From assembly GCA_964016885.1 (NCBI GenBank), contig OZ024742.1, forward strand, positions 282,968,001-283,032,000: a stretch of 64,000 nt of DNA, read 5' to 3'. A program made the position numbers and the translations under genes. This document shows positions 13,640-27,207 of the stretch, one piece after another. The notes below the pieces were generated by a model. That model was not told the DNA's origin. It searched no databases and saw only the letters and a program-made list of their open reading frames with translations. The DNA is from Eledone cirrhosa. Its lineage: Eukaryota. Each line of letters begins with the position of its first letter. The stretch's first letter is position 1.

Positions 13640-15700
13640 CTGGCACATACCTGAGCTGCATGCACACACCTGTGCTACATGTATACTGACCCATATATAT
13701 ACCTGAGCTACATACATATACATATACAGACACACACACACACCTGTGCTACATGTATAGTGACCCATATATATACCTGAGCTACATACATATACATATA
13801 CAGACACACACACACACCTGTGCTACATGTATACTGACCCATATATATACCTGAGCTACATACATATACATATACAGACACACACACACACCTGTGCTAC
13901 ATGTATACTGACCCATATATATACCTGAGCTACATACATATACATATACAGACACACACACACACCTGTGCTACATGTATACTGACCCATATATATACCT
14001 GAGCTACATACATATACATATACAGACACACACACACACCTGTGCTACATGTATACTGACCCATATATATACCTGAGCTACATACATATACATATACAGA
14101 CACACACACACACCTGTGCTACATGTATACTGACCCATATATATACCTGAGCTACATACATATACATATACAGACACACACACACACCTGTGCTACATGT
14201 ATACTGACCCATATATATACCTGAGCTACATACATATACATATACAGACACACACACACACCTGTGCTACATGTATACTGACCCATATATATACCTGAGC
14301 TACATACATATACATATACAGACACACACACCTGTGCTACATGTATACTGACACATATATATACCTGAGCTACATACATATACATATACACACACACACA
14401 CCTGTGCTGCATGTATAGTGACCCATATATATACCTGAGCTACATACATATACATATACAGACACACACACCTGTGCTGCATGTATACTGACACATATAT
14501 ATACCTGAGCTACATACATATACATATACAGACACACACACCTGTGCTACATGTATACTGACCCATATATATACCTGAGCTACATACATATACATATACA
14601 GACACACACACACACCTGTGCTACATGTATACTGACCCATATATATACCTGAGCTACATACATATACATATACAGACACACACACACACCTGTGCTACAT
14701 GTATACTGACCCATATATATACCTGAGCTACATACATATACATATACAGACACACACACCTGTGCTACATGTATACTGACACATATATATACCTGAGCTA
14801 CATACATATACATATACACACACACACACCTGTGCTGCATGTATAGTGACCCATATATATACCTGAGCTACATACATATACATATACAGACACACACACC
14901 TGTGCTGCATGTATACTGACACATATATATACCTGAGCTACATACATATACATATACAGACACACACACCTGTGCTACATGTATACTGACACATATATAT
15001 ACCTGAGCTACATACATATACATATACACACACACACACCTGTGCTGCATGTATACTGACACATATATATACCTGAGCTACATACATATACATATACAGA
15101 CACACACACCTGTGCTGCATGTATAGTGACCCATATATATACCTGAGCTACATACATATACATATACACACACACACACCTGTGCTGCATGTATACTGAC
15201 ACATATATATACCTGAGCTACATACATATACATATACACACACACACACCTGTGCTGCATGTATAGTGACCCATATATATACCTGAGCTACATACATATA
15301 CATATACACACACACACACCTGTGCTGCATGTATAGTGACCCATATATATACCTGAGCTACATACATATACATATACAGACACACACACCTGTGCTGCAT
15401 GTATACTGACACATATATATACCTGAGCTACATACATATACATATACACACACACACCTGTGCTGCATGTATAGTGACCCATATATATACCTGAGCTACA
15501 TACATATACATATACACACACACACCTGTGCTGCATGTATACTGATACATATATATACCTGAGCTACATACATATACATATACACACACACCTGTGCTGC
15601 ATGTATACTGACACATATATATACCTGAGCTACATACATATACATATACACACACACCTGTGCTGCATGTATACTGATACATATACCTGAGCTGCATACA
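13640..15700. repeat. Minisatellite with a unit of about 70 bp (66-74 bp)
   Basis: About 28 copies of cctgtgct(a/g)catgtata(c/g)tgac(c/a)catatatatacctgagctacatacatatacatataca(g/c)a(ca)n. It decays into cctgagctgcatac units up to about 16050. Confidence 0.95.
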
Positions 15701-16159
15701 TATACATACACACCTGAGCTGCAGACACACACATGTACACACACTTGAGATACATAAACACACATACGTGAGCTGCATACATACACACACACCCACACAC
15801 ACACACACTTGAGCTACATAAATACATATACACACACATACCTGAGCTGCATACACACACACCCCTGAGCTGCATACACACACATATACACACACACACA
15901 TGTACACACATACACATGAGCTACATAAACACACACACCTGAGCTGCATACAAACACACACACACATACCTGAGTTGCATACATACACATATACGCACAC
16001 ACATACCTGAGCTGCATACACACACATGTACACACACTTGAGCTGCATAAACACACACACACACACACACACACACGAGGAGCATACATTCACACATGCC
16101 ATATAAGGTAAAGTTTAACCCTCCTTCTTTCACTCTCTCCCACTCTCCTTTTGGTAGTA

Positions 16160-16580
16160 GTATAGAGCTTCACTGAGGAAGTGGTGATGTTCATGTTGTT
16201 GATGGTGTTAATGTTGTTGTTGTTGGTGGTGATGGTGGTGGTGGTGGTGGTGGTGATAATGCTGGTGCTAGTAAGTTGGTGGTGGTGGTGGTGAAGATGA
16301 TGGTGTAGTATGGGTGTTAGTGGTGGTGGCAATGGCGTTAGAGATGTTGATAATGGTGGTGGTGGTGTTGGTGGTGAAGATAATGGTGTTAGTGGTGGTG
16401 GTGGCAATGGCGTTAGAGATGTTGATAATGGTGGTGGTGGTGTTGGTAGTGTTGGTGCTGATGATAATGGTGTTAGTATGGGTGTTAGTGGTGGTGGTGG
16501 CAATGGCATTAGAGATGTTGATAATGGTGGTGGTGTTGGTATTGGTAGTGTTGGTGGTGCTTGTGGTGTTGGGTGATGGC
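16160..16580. repeat. (GGT)-rich low-complexity repeat with duplicated ggcaatggcgttagagatgttgataat units
   Basis: Three copies of the unit at about 16328, 16403 and 16499. Confidence 0.8.
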
Positions 16581-17454
16581 AAGGTTATTTAAAAAAGCCT
16601 TGTGTTGTTGTTTTCCTCTGATTTAAGAGGGTTGTACTGTCACTGTGGAATGCTGGGTAATTACAGTGTGTCCTGTCACTGATGTTATGTTCACCAATAC
16701 CACCAATACCATCCTCTTTTTCTCCCTTTCTTTGCCTCTCTTTCTCTGTAATCCCCCTCTCCCCTTTCTCTCTCTCTCAATACTCCCCACCTCAACCAAC
16801 TTCTACCTTGCTCTCTCCATTTTGCAATCTTTTCCATCACCAATCTCTGCCTGTCCCCTCTCTCTGTCTCTCTGCAACCCTCCTCCCCCTCCCACTCCCA
16901 CATTACACACCTGAACTTCTTTAAACGCAACCACCAAATATCATTACGGCTTTTGTGTTTCAGAAATTATACTGCTACCCCGTCACTTGCCCTTCTACAT
17001 GTAAGCCCCCCCCCTCTCTCTCTCTCACTCTCTCACTCTCTCTCTCACTCTCTCACTCTCTCTCTCACTCTCTCTCTCTCTCACTCTCTCACTCTCTCTC
17101 TCTCACTCTCTCTCTAATTTCCGACCCCTTTCTCTGCCAATATCTCTCCTTGACAGACTGACACAATTTAGTCATTTTGTCTTTTGTGTTCCACCACCAC
17201 CACCACCATTAGTAGGACTACTTTTTTTTCTACCACTACTACTATCTTCTCTGAACACCACTACTACTACCTTCTCTGAACACCATCATTATACCACCAA
17301 GGTAACCTCTGTAAGTCGTCACTTAACCATACTAGAAATAGGGGCCAAACCCCCCTCGAAATACACTCACTTTTTCAGGATCTTTTCTTGGGCTATTTTT
17401 TTTAATTACCAAAAATCTTTTTATTCAATGGTCACCTCAAATGTTTTAGCAGCC

Positions 17455-17912
17455 AGGGTGGTGGATTGGCAGAATTGGTAGGGTACAAAATGTTTAGCAG
17501 CATTTGATCTGGCTCTTTACATTCTGAATTCAAATCTTGCTAACATAAACTTTGCTTTTTACTCTTCAGAGTTTAAGATAAAGTACCAGTGAAGTAATTT
17601 CTGGCATTGTGTCTATGTTAGAAGTTGAAAACCAGCCAAGGTTAACTTTGTCTTTCATCCTTACGGAGTCGATAAAATAAAGTACCAGTAATACACTGGT
17701 TAATTGCTGGCCTTGTGCCAAAAGTAGAAACAATTATTATTGGCAGTACCGGTAGAATGTCAGGTGCCATACTTTGCAGCATTGAGTTATGGCTCTTTAC
17801 GTTCTGAGTTAAAATCCTGCTGAGGTTAACTTTGCCTTTCATCCTTATGGAGGGTCGATAAAATAAAGTACCAGTAATGCACTGGGGTAATTGCTGGCCT
17901 TGTGCCAAAAGT
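17455..17912 (+). mobile_element. Cluster of three SINE family A copies
   Basis: Repeated gttaactttgcctttcatcctta...gataaaataaagtaccag...ggccttgtgccaaaagta. Confidence 0.8.
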
Positions 17913-18193
17913 AAAAACATTTATCATTATCTTCATGTCCTCCCTTGGGCTTTATCTAATTCCTGGTTTAATCAAGATAATAGACCATATCCAGTGGTCT
18001 TAGGTATCATGACATTGCTTCCTTCTTTTCAGTTTATATCCAATACTTTAATTTATGATTCTTATATGAAATTATGTCGAAAGGTTTTAATTTAAATAGA
18101 AACCCTTTAAAATGTATGTTTTTGTTTCATAGAACCAGAGCCAGTTTAGCCAGGCTGGTAGCAAAAGGGTTTTGGCACACATATATATCTATC

Positions 18194-18231
<38 letters not shown>

Positions 18232-18235
<4 letters not shown>

Positions 18236-18376
18236 TGTTTAAGCATCGTCTCAGTGTGTTGGTATTTAAACGTTAGTTATAGCTCTGGTTTATCCAAACT
18301 ATTGAGCACTTTGCCACACATTTCGAAGATTGTGTTTCGTTATTTCGTGGGCCGAGGTTCCGATTCTCGATAATTT
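18232..18376 (-). mobile_element. (TA)n-embedded repeat, same family as 4317-4478
   Basis: Reverse complement similarity (catcgtctcagtgtgtt...attgagcact...cgattctcg). Confidence 0.6.
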
Positions 18377-18534
18377 ATATATATATATATATATATATAA
18401 TATGAAGTGGTTCAGTCTATACCATTAACATGTATCCTGATCCACCCATCTGTGAAATGGTTGTAACTTCATAATCAATAAAGACCTTAATGTGAAACGT
18501 TGTTTAGTTCTTAATATATATATATATATATCAA

Positions 18535-18716
18535 AATGGATGCAGTAAAAACCTGTTAGACCCTTACTCACCAGAGTACTTGATATTTGGGGTAGTAGGG
18601 TGTGGTAATATGAAAGAGTGAGGACCCCAACAGCTGTGCTCTTGCCATTTCAACAGCTATTTTGAAACTAGCTGTTGAAATGGCACGAGCCCAGCCATCG
18701 AGGTCCCAATTCTTTC

Positions 18717-18722
<6 letters not shown>
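18535..18722. mobile_element. (TA)n-embedded hairpin element (GAGTACT tail plus palindrome), same family as 22075-22490
   Basis: ccagagtacttgata tail followed by imperfect inverted arms at 18607-18722 (ccatttcaacagcta / tagctgttgaaatgg). Confidence 0.7.
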
Positions 18723-18780
<58 letters not shown>

Positions 18781-18823
18781 ATAAGAAACGGAGAATCAAT
18801 GGTGCGATGAATATAATTCATTA

Positions 18824-18918
18824 GACATATTACAATCGTTTCTCTGGCAACCAGCTCGAGGCACGATCGATGCAATGATCGAACCTGACTCTGAAATCGC
18901 AAGATTCTCAGATACGTC
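18824..18918 (-). ncRNA. Degenerate minimal type I hammerhead with long stem II (subfamily of 37869-37960)
   Basis: Minus strand reads GACGUAU-CUGAGAA-(~60 nt)-GAAA-CGAUUG-UA-AUAUGUC. Stem I is 7 bp. The core has G8 changed to A. Confidence 0.65.
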
Positions 18919-19007
18919 TCTATTTTACGAAGCAGAGTTTCTGAAATATAAGAGCATCGAGTGCTCAAACAGCCTACCGCTTACGGACGCTTTAAGCATT
19001 CCACACC

Positions 19008-19039
<32 letters not shown>

Positions 19040-19649
19040 GTTTACAAACTCCTATGGTTTGAATTTAGTTTGGTTTGAACAGACATCCGGACTTGTTTTA
19101 CCGTGTGAATATGTGGGTATGGAGGTGGGGGAGGCAGCAGTCTTTTTTTTTTTTTTTGCTTTTGTTTTTTTTTTTTTTGCACACACGACCTAAGCTCCTT
19201 TTTAAACCTGTAGCCCACCTCCACCCCAACCAGCACTGCCATCGACGTTCCCTTTTCTTGCAATTAGTTCCTTCACATAATCAGATCAGGATGCTTGCTA
19301 CTGGAGCACATTTCGACCAATTTAAGTGAGTTAGTGTGTGAGACAGCTACTTCTAGTTAGTTGCCCTACTACCCAGCCCCTATTAAACTAAATACGAAGG
19401 TTGGTAGAGAAATGAGGATGTGTGTGTGTATGTATCCATATGTATGTCTGTCTGTATGTGTATGTGCATATGTGTGTGTGTGTATGTATCCATATGTATG
19501 TCTGTATGTGTATGTGCATATGTATGTGTGTGTGTGTGTGTGTATACATGGATATCCATATGTATGCATAAGTATGTATGTGTGTATATGTGTTTATATA
19601 TGTGTGTATGTATGTGTATATGCATTTATGTATGTGTGTATGTGTATGT

Positions 19650-19691
<42 letters not shown>

Positions 19692-20732
19692 ATGTATGTG
19701 TATATGTGTTTATGTATGTGTGTATGTATATGTATGTGTTTATATATGTGTGTGTACATGAATATCTATAAGTATGTATGTGTGTATGTATGTATGTTTA
19801 TATATGTGTGCGTGTGTGTGTGTGTTTGAGAGGGACTCAGTTCACTCACCACCACCTATCAATTCAATCTGTGGTTGGATGGTTGATGGTGCTCCATCCG
19901 GAGAATGCTGATAGCTATGCTACCGTCATAAATGGGTGGTGGCCAGGGGTGAGTGGATGGGTGGTTGGTTTAGAAGCTGTCTGTCTTAATTGATGGCAAG
20001 TATGACGTGAAGACAAGTTACTCATCCCTACTCTTCAGACTCAACTCCTCTGAGGCGGAAATATACTCTCCTTTGTATGTTAACACCACATTATCCCCAG
20101 AAAAATGGAATTTTAACTTGTCAATTAACACACATACACACAGCCCCCCTTCCCTCCCTCCCCACACTCACACACATATACACACACTCATATGCATATA
20201 TACTGACTGACAGACACATATACACATACAAATCTATTTCAGGTCCGTTTACCACATTCTTTTCACATACCCTGTTTCTGAGAAATTTTTTACTCGCTTT
20301 ACTTTTAAGTCTTTTATACTCGTTAAATTTGGACGGTAATTATCTCATTATCTGTTTTGCCATATGTTTGAATGTTCTTATTATATAGGGTTGTGTCAGA
20401 GCAGTAGATTGGCAGAATCATTAGAGTGTCAGACAAAAGCATGCTCTTTACATTCTGAGTTCAAATATCACCAAGGTGAAGTTTGACATTCATCCTACCA
20501 GGATCGTTACCAGTCAAGTATTACAGTCCATACAAACAACTGCTCCTTTCCTCTGAAACTGATGACCTTGTGTCTAAATTAGAAACCATTAATTGTTTGG
20601 GGAAAATGCTTGCTTCATAAGCACCATATATGTATGTGTGTATGCTGTTTTTGCCGAGAATAAGTAAGTGACATAGTTTAAAGCTCTTAGCGAATGGTCT
20701 TCTCAATGTTTTTAATCAAACATACAGTATAT

Positions 20733-21280
20733 AGAGCATTGGCATTGCAATCGAAAGGTTGTGAGTTCAATTCTCACACCGTGTGATGTGTTGTTTCCTT
20801 GAGCAAGACACTTTATTTCACATTGCTCCAGTTTACTCAGCTGTAGAAATGAGATGATAGGGACTGGGGTGCCTATCATTCCACTGCAAAGTGTTGTTCA
20901 TTAGAGATACGGTCATGAAAGGATTAATCCATCATCTGGTTCAACACTACATATTAATCTGTTAGTGCCTTTAGCAGTCTCTATTCTGTTGTAAATATTC
21001 AGTACAAGTCTCTGGTTTGAGCATTCTTTCTTGGCACAAACTTAATTAACCCTATAGCAATTACATTACTCTACATATAGCATTATATGAGATGATAGGA
21101 CTGGGATCCCTCATTCCACTGCAAAGTGGTCGTGGAGGTGCCACGGCAAAAAAGCACCCAGCCCACACTGTAAATGAGGTGTTAGGAAGGGCATCCAGCT
21201 GTAGAAATCAAGCCAGAATCAGTTCCTGTCCCACTCTTGCAAGCAGGAAAAAGCGGACGTAAAATGAAATGATGATGATA
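20733..21280 (+). mobile_element. SINE family B (tRNA head, CTTGAGCAAGACAC central domain, RTE-like tail), split into two pieces
   Basis: Matches the full copy at 29911-30255. Head and body at 20733-20890; body and tail at 21087-21280. Confidence 0.75.
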
Positions 21281-21294
21281 TATATATATATATC

Positions 21295-21600
21295 ATCATC
21301 CCCATTTTATGTCCATTCTTCCATGCTAGCATGGGTTAGACGAGTTGTCCTATATTATTGGCAATGCGAGGTCAGGTGACCATTGCTTGCTTATACAGGA
21401 TTAATCTTGGCTTGGTTTCTACAGCTGGATGCCCTTCCTAATGCCAACCTCATTTACAGTGTGTGCTGGTTGCTTTTTGTCGTGACGCCCACACAACCAC
21501 TTTACAGTGTTGACTGGGTCCTTTTTGTCATGACACCTACATGACCACTTTACAGTGTTGACTGGGTGCTTTTTGTCATGATACTTACACAACCACTATA
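21295..21600 (-). mobile_element. SINE family B tail with internal accactttacagtg repeats of about 40 bp
   Basis: (cat)n...ccatgctagcatgggttagac...ctacagctggatgcccttcctaa. Confidence 0.7.
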
Positions 21601-21782
21601 CTCTGGGAGGGTGAGGTGGGGCATACTGTATATATGCTTTGGCTTCGGCCTGTGCCTGTAGGAAGACAGGTCTTCTGTATAATATATATATATATATATT
21701 ATACATGGTGTCGGCCAAACATTTTTACATAACAAAATCTTTTAAAGATGCATTAAAATAAAATTCTGTTTTATGTGCATTA

Positions 21783-21898
21783 TGAGTTCAAATCCCGCCG
21801 AGGTTAACTTTGCCTTTCATCCTTACGGGGTCGATAAAATAAAGTACCAGTAATGCACTGAGATAATTGCTGGCCTTGTGCCAAAAGTAGAAACAATT
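21783..21898 (+). mobile_element. SINE family A, 5'-truncated, within a Tc1/mariner-like remnant
   Basis: gagttcaaatcccgccgagg...tagaaacaatt. The flanks carry TIR-like ends (tacatggtgtc at about 21702; ggacaccctgta at about 22036-22047). Confidence 0.7.
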
Positions 21899-22074
21899 GT
21901 TTAAAGTATGTAAACATGTTGGCGTGTTTACATACAATTGAATTATGTCTGTAGATCATTTAATTTTTGGGAAAAGCTGTGCATTCTAATAAATATTGCC
22001 TTTACAGGAAATCAAAGTGTGTATACATTTTTGGAGGACACCCTGTATGTGTGTGTGTATATATATATATATAA

Positions 22075-22490
22075 AAGGAAGGACGTGTGGTAAGGAGCCA
22101 TACCTGCCCATAACGCACCAGAGTACTCAATACTTAGGGTAGTACAGTGGGTAATAGGAAAATGTTTAACCCCGACGGCAGAGCTCAAGCCGTTTCGACG
22201 GCTATTTCTGGACTCAGGAAATAGCCGTCAAAATGACTTGAGCTCTGTCGTGGAGGTTAAACATTTTCCTATATATATATATGTATATATATATATAACA
22301 AAGGAATTGTGGTAAGGAACCAGATGGACCATAACGCACCAGAGTACTCAATACTTAGGGTAGTAGAGTGGGAAATAGGAAAAAGTATGACCCCGACGGC
22401 AGAGCTCAAGCCGTTTTGACGGCTATTTCTGGACTAGAAATAGCTGTCGAAACGGCTTGAACTCTGCCGTCGGGGTCATACTTTTTCCTA
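22075..22490. mobile_element. Two tandem (TA)n-embedded hairpin elements
   Basis: Each copy has a cataacgcaccagagtactcaatacttagggtagta tail, then inverted arms of about 55 bp (22155-22272 and 22375-22490) containing gtcGAAACggc. Confidence 0.8.
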
Positions 22491-22834
22491 TATATATATA
22501 TTTATAATCAAACAAACCAGCCATTGTTTGCTGTGTTGTTACTTCATCTATGATAAGCATGTTTAGTTTTCTTGTAAAGGATTCTCATTTTACTGTCTCT
22601 GTTGGGGCTCTCTCACTCTCTCTCTCTCCCCTATCCTTCTCTCTCTCTCTGTTTCCTAGTTTTTCAACCACTTGTAGATTACATACTGGCGGGTGTCGCC
22701 AAACCCTTGGTCACCATTAAATGATTGATAAATAAACAGACCACAGTATATGTAATATGTTAAACACACTCTGTTATTCAAAGCAGATGGTTATTGTTAT
22801 GTAATCCTTACACCTACACACAACATGACCCACC

Positions 22835-22914
<80 letters not shown>

Positions 22915-23061
22915 ATATATATCACCTTGGAAATAAACTAAAACACATCACAATCTTCAGAACTATACCCAAAATACTCTCAGCATAACAACAAAGAAAC
23001 CTATGCAGATTACTGGTATGGTCAGAAGCTGTTTATTGTGTGTGTATGTACACACACACAT

Positions 23062-23095
<34 letters not shown>

Positions 23096-23509
23096 GCAAA
23101 TGATCTTTGACAACAGTAATACCAAGGTCGCAGGCCATCTCCAAATCAAATATTATGTCTATACTTTTCCTATACTTTCTCTGTTTGTGTGTGCCGTAAT
23201 TCCCTTATTGATTAACTAATTATGCAATCCACACCTGATGATGTCGTATGGATATTTTATAACCAGGCCATTGAAATATATATGCTGTTTTTGCAGCAAT
23301 AAAAGTTTTAAGGAACATCACCAGTCCGGCCTCCTGTCGTTTAATCAAACCTATATACATATACATATATATAATTAAGTTCTCAATACAAATGCATGGT
23401 ACCCTAGGTTTCAAACTCCAACTAAAGTAAGACGAAGACATTCTGTGTCTGCTAGTTTAGTTATCATCAGGCAATACCAAGATAGCCGAACATATATCAT
23501 CATCATCAT

Positions 23510-23710
23510 CATCACCGTTTTACGTCCATTCTTCCATGCTAGCATGGGTTAGATGGGTTGTCCTGTTGTGGGCAATGCCAGATCAGGTGACCTTGTCTTG
23601 CTCATACAGGAACTAATTTTGGCTTGATTCTACAGCTGGATGCCCTTCCTAACACGAACCTCATTTACAGTGAGTGCTGGGTGCTTTTTTAGTGTGGCGC
23701 CTACATACCG
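23510..23710 (-). mobile_element. SINE family B tail
   Basis: (cat)n-ccgttttacgtcc...ctacagctggatgcccttcctaa. Confidence 0.7.
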
Positions 23711-23722
23711 TGGCGTCTATAA

Positions 23723-23767
<45 letters not shown>

Positions 23768-24088
23768 ATATATTATATATTTTGCTGTGTCTTGATTCCT
23801 ATAAGAAAAACAAACAGTTTTAAATTATGTGCAACAAGAAGAAAAAATTACATGACCTATAACAGCCTCTTTCCTCCTATTAGTTTAATAGAAGTACTAT
23901 TACTGCTGTTACATATCTTACAAAAGGGGAAATATATCAATTTTCTACTATTATGTGTATATATATATTATATTATGACAATTCAACTTTGTTCTACTCA
24001 TAATTGAAAATTTTGTTATAATAAATTCAATTTCGCAATATTTATTTTTACTACATACATATACATAGGCATACACAGCTTCTGTCTA

Positions 24089-24122
<34 letters not shown>

Positions 24123-24206
24123 GGGGGTATGCATTTGTGTATATATATACATATACACACACACATATACTAGCAGGGAAACCAGGCCATTAAATGATGA
24201 CAATGT

Positions 24207-24318
<112 letters not shown>

Positions 24319-24745
24319 CTCATACACATATAAAAATATGTGTGTGTGTATGTAAATATTCTATTAGAATTCATTGTTTACCATATGTTGAAATATGTAA
24401 CATTCTAAGCTAACACCATAGTTTTGAAAACATTTCTTTGTCAGATAAGGCAAAAAATATATTTAGAAATATACCAATATATAGAAATATATAATAAATA
24501 AAGAAACTAAAACAAAGGAATTCTCCTCCCTCTGTCTTTCTCTCTATCTACCTACTTGCCACAATCTGTATCTCTCTTATGAGGACACAAAGAGCGGGAG
24601 AGAGTTTGATGCAGCTAAGTAAGTTGTAAGGATTAAATTTGCATTGTGTTGGTAATATGAATACAGATACAAAAATTCCATCAATGTAAACAAGGCAAGA
24701 AAAACTAAAACAGAATCCCCTTTATCAACTGAAAAGCAAGGCATG

Positions 24746-24774
<29 letters not shown>

Positions 24775-24776
<2 letters not shown>

Positions 24777-24857
24777 TGCCTGAAAAAATGTATACACACT
24801 TTTATTAGAATTTAGAATGTTGTTGAAGTGTGTGTACATTTTTTGGGACACCCGTAT
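24775..24857. mobile_element. Tc1/mariner-type MITE remnant
   Basis: Imperfect TIRs gtgcctgaaaaaatgtatacacactt / aagtgtgtgtacattttttgggacac, adjoining (TA)n on the right. Confidence 0.6.
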
Positions 24858-25013
24858 ATATATATATATATATTCAGGTTTGAGGTTCACCACTGGATAG
24901 AGCTGGTCTATTCCGTATGGTCAATCGCAATGTAATAATATAGAGAGTACTCAACGTAAAGCAGTTCAACCATCTTTGTTTTTGTAGTTGGTGGTGCTAT
25001 TACAGTGTTAAAT

Positions 25014-25323
25014 ATTATAATGAAATGACAGGAGGCTGGATTTGTGTAAATCCTTGAAAGGTTTATTATACTATGATCATTTCAATGACCGGGTTCCGTA
25101 TGAATCCGGTGATATCATCAGGTATTCGAAATATAATACGTGAATGTAATAGATAAAATCCATCGATTTTCAGCCCCATGGATTTTATCTATTACATTCA
25201 CGTATTATATTTCGAATACCTGATGATATCACCGGATTCATACGGAACCCGGTCATTGAAATGATCATAGTATAATAAACCTTTCAAGGATTTACACAAA
25301 TCCAGCCTCCTGTCATTTCATTA

Positions 25324-25327
<4 letters not shown>
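25014..25327. mobile_element. Perfect palindrome (150-bp arms, 14-bp spacer) carrying an HHR in each arm; Penelope-like
   Basis: 25014-25163 is the reverse complement of 25178-25327. A GAGTACTCA tail lies at about 24944, and (TA)n flanks the whole element. Confidence 0.9.
25216..25273 (+). ncRNA. Minimal type I hammerhead ribozyme (mirror copy on - strand in left arm)
   Basis: AUAC-CUGAUGA-UAUC-ACCGGAUUC-AUACG-GAACCCGGU-CAUU-GAAA-UGAUCA-UA-GUAU, then AAUAAA. Predicted cleavage after 25269. Confidence 0.75.
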
Positions 25328-25364
<37 letters not shown>

Positions 25365-25520
25365 TCTTCTGCCTTGACTTCCTTTTTTTTTTTGTATAAC
25401 ATATGTACAGAAGTTGATCAAAACAGAGTAGACATTCACATCAATATTGCTTCAGTTTTCAGAGATATATCAGTGTGTCTGTGTGTATACATACATGTAT
25501 ACTTATATTATCTCTCTCTC

Positions 25521-25577
<57 letters not shown>

Positions 25578-27022
25578 AGAGAGAGAGAGAGAGAAGTAAG
25601 TTTGTTTTGAAATAGCGAGTGAAGTTTGAAATTTAATAGAAATAGAAGCTTTCACCCTATTTTTGACTAAAGAAATTTTGATGTTATATTTTGAGAACAA
25701 TACCTTATCATCAGTATGAACAGCCAGTTTAAATGCTAAAGGGTTATGGTAGTGTGTTTGTGTTTGGTGGCAATGGTGCACAGGTTTCCTCAAAATGCCA
25801 GTCTTGTCATGACTGTTAAAGGAAGGCAGTCATGACTGTTAAAGGAAGGCAACAAGAAGAGTTCATGTCAAAATCTAGTCTAGTATGGTATGATGACTGT
25901 ACAAGTCTCAGCCACTAAGCTCTGGGTACTTGAAGTCAGCCTCTACCACATTATTAATCATGTGACTTAGCTACTAAAGCCTTGGGTTAAGATGATGATG
26001 ATGGTTGGAGTATAGGTGGTTATGGTTTTGGGAGAGACAGCGATGTCTTTGGAGAAGGTGGTGATGCTTTTGGTTGTGATGGGGATGGTTGTAGTGGAGG
26101 TGGTGGTGGTTAGGGTTTTGGTGGTGCTGGTTGTGATGGTGATGTATAAACGTTTTTTTTTTTCCTCTGCTCAGTGGCCTACAAATTGATTATATATATA
26201 TATATATATTTTATTTGACAAAGTCTTCTCTCTTATAAATCCACAGAAGTACCTTTGGCAAATGAGAACAAATGAATGAGTCAGATCTTCAGAAACAGTG
26301 AAAAACAATCATTTATTTAACCTTTCTTGAAGGAAGTTGAGGGAACAGTTGCTGGAGAGTTGTTGGGTTAGAGCTTGTTGTTGGAGGGATGCTTAGGATG
26401 GTGATAGTAATTATGTTGGAGCTATGGCAATGGGGGTGTTGCCTTGTGGTGTTAATAGTTTAACTAAAAATTAAAAAAACAAGTGGAATGAAGTTAAGAA
26501 TGGGAGGGTGTTGGTACTGTAACAGTGAAGGTATTTCAGTGTAGTGGTAATAGCTTTAGGAAGCATTTATAGAAAAGAAAAAGAATAAAGTTAAAAATTT
26601 GAGACAAAACGAGAGTAAAATGGAGGTAACATTTGAAGAGAGGAGAGGATGGAGAGAAACAATGAAAGAAAGAGAGATGGAGAAAGACAGAGCATGAGAT
26701 AAGAATGATAAAGAAGATGAAAGAGCAAATGAGACCAGAAAATTCAAGAAAGAATAAAAAATAAAAGTAAAACAAAATCTTGAATTTTCTGCTCTCATTT
26801 GCTCTTTCATTTTATATATATATATATATATATGTATATGATTGTTGATTACTTCCCCCTGCTTTTGCTGAGGTTAGGTAGGTGATGCTGGCTACAACCT
26901 TAAAAATTGATGGCAAAAGACCCTCAAATGTTTTTCATAAACATACCATATATTATTCAAATTACAATAAGTACATATATGTGTATACCTCAATGTTAAA
27001 GCACCAATACTATTTTTTTAAT

Positions 27023-27207
27023 TTAACCCTTTAGCATTTTAAGCAGCCATAATTGGCCACTCATAGCAATATTACGATATTGGTCTCAAAATAAATAACA
27101 TCAAAATCTCGTAGCTTTGATATTATGTGAGATAATTATGTGAGGTAAAGCCTTTACTGTGAAAATACAATAGTATATATAGAGTAATGTAAATGCTAAA
27201 GGGTTAA
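27023..27207. mobile_element. piggyBac-like MITE
   Basis: TTAA-CCCTTTAGCATTT ... AAATGCTAAAGGG-TTAA, i.e. TIRs with a TTAA target duplication. Similar right ends at about 25745 and 41597. Confidence 0.8.

Noticed and set aside
25807-25851. 23-bp direct duplication (also 27-bp repeats at 3402-3472)
   Set aside because: Ordinary slippage duplications with no further structure.
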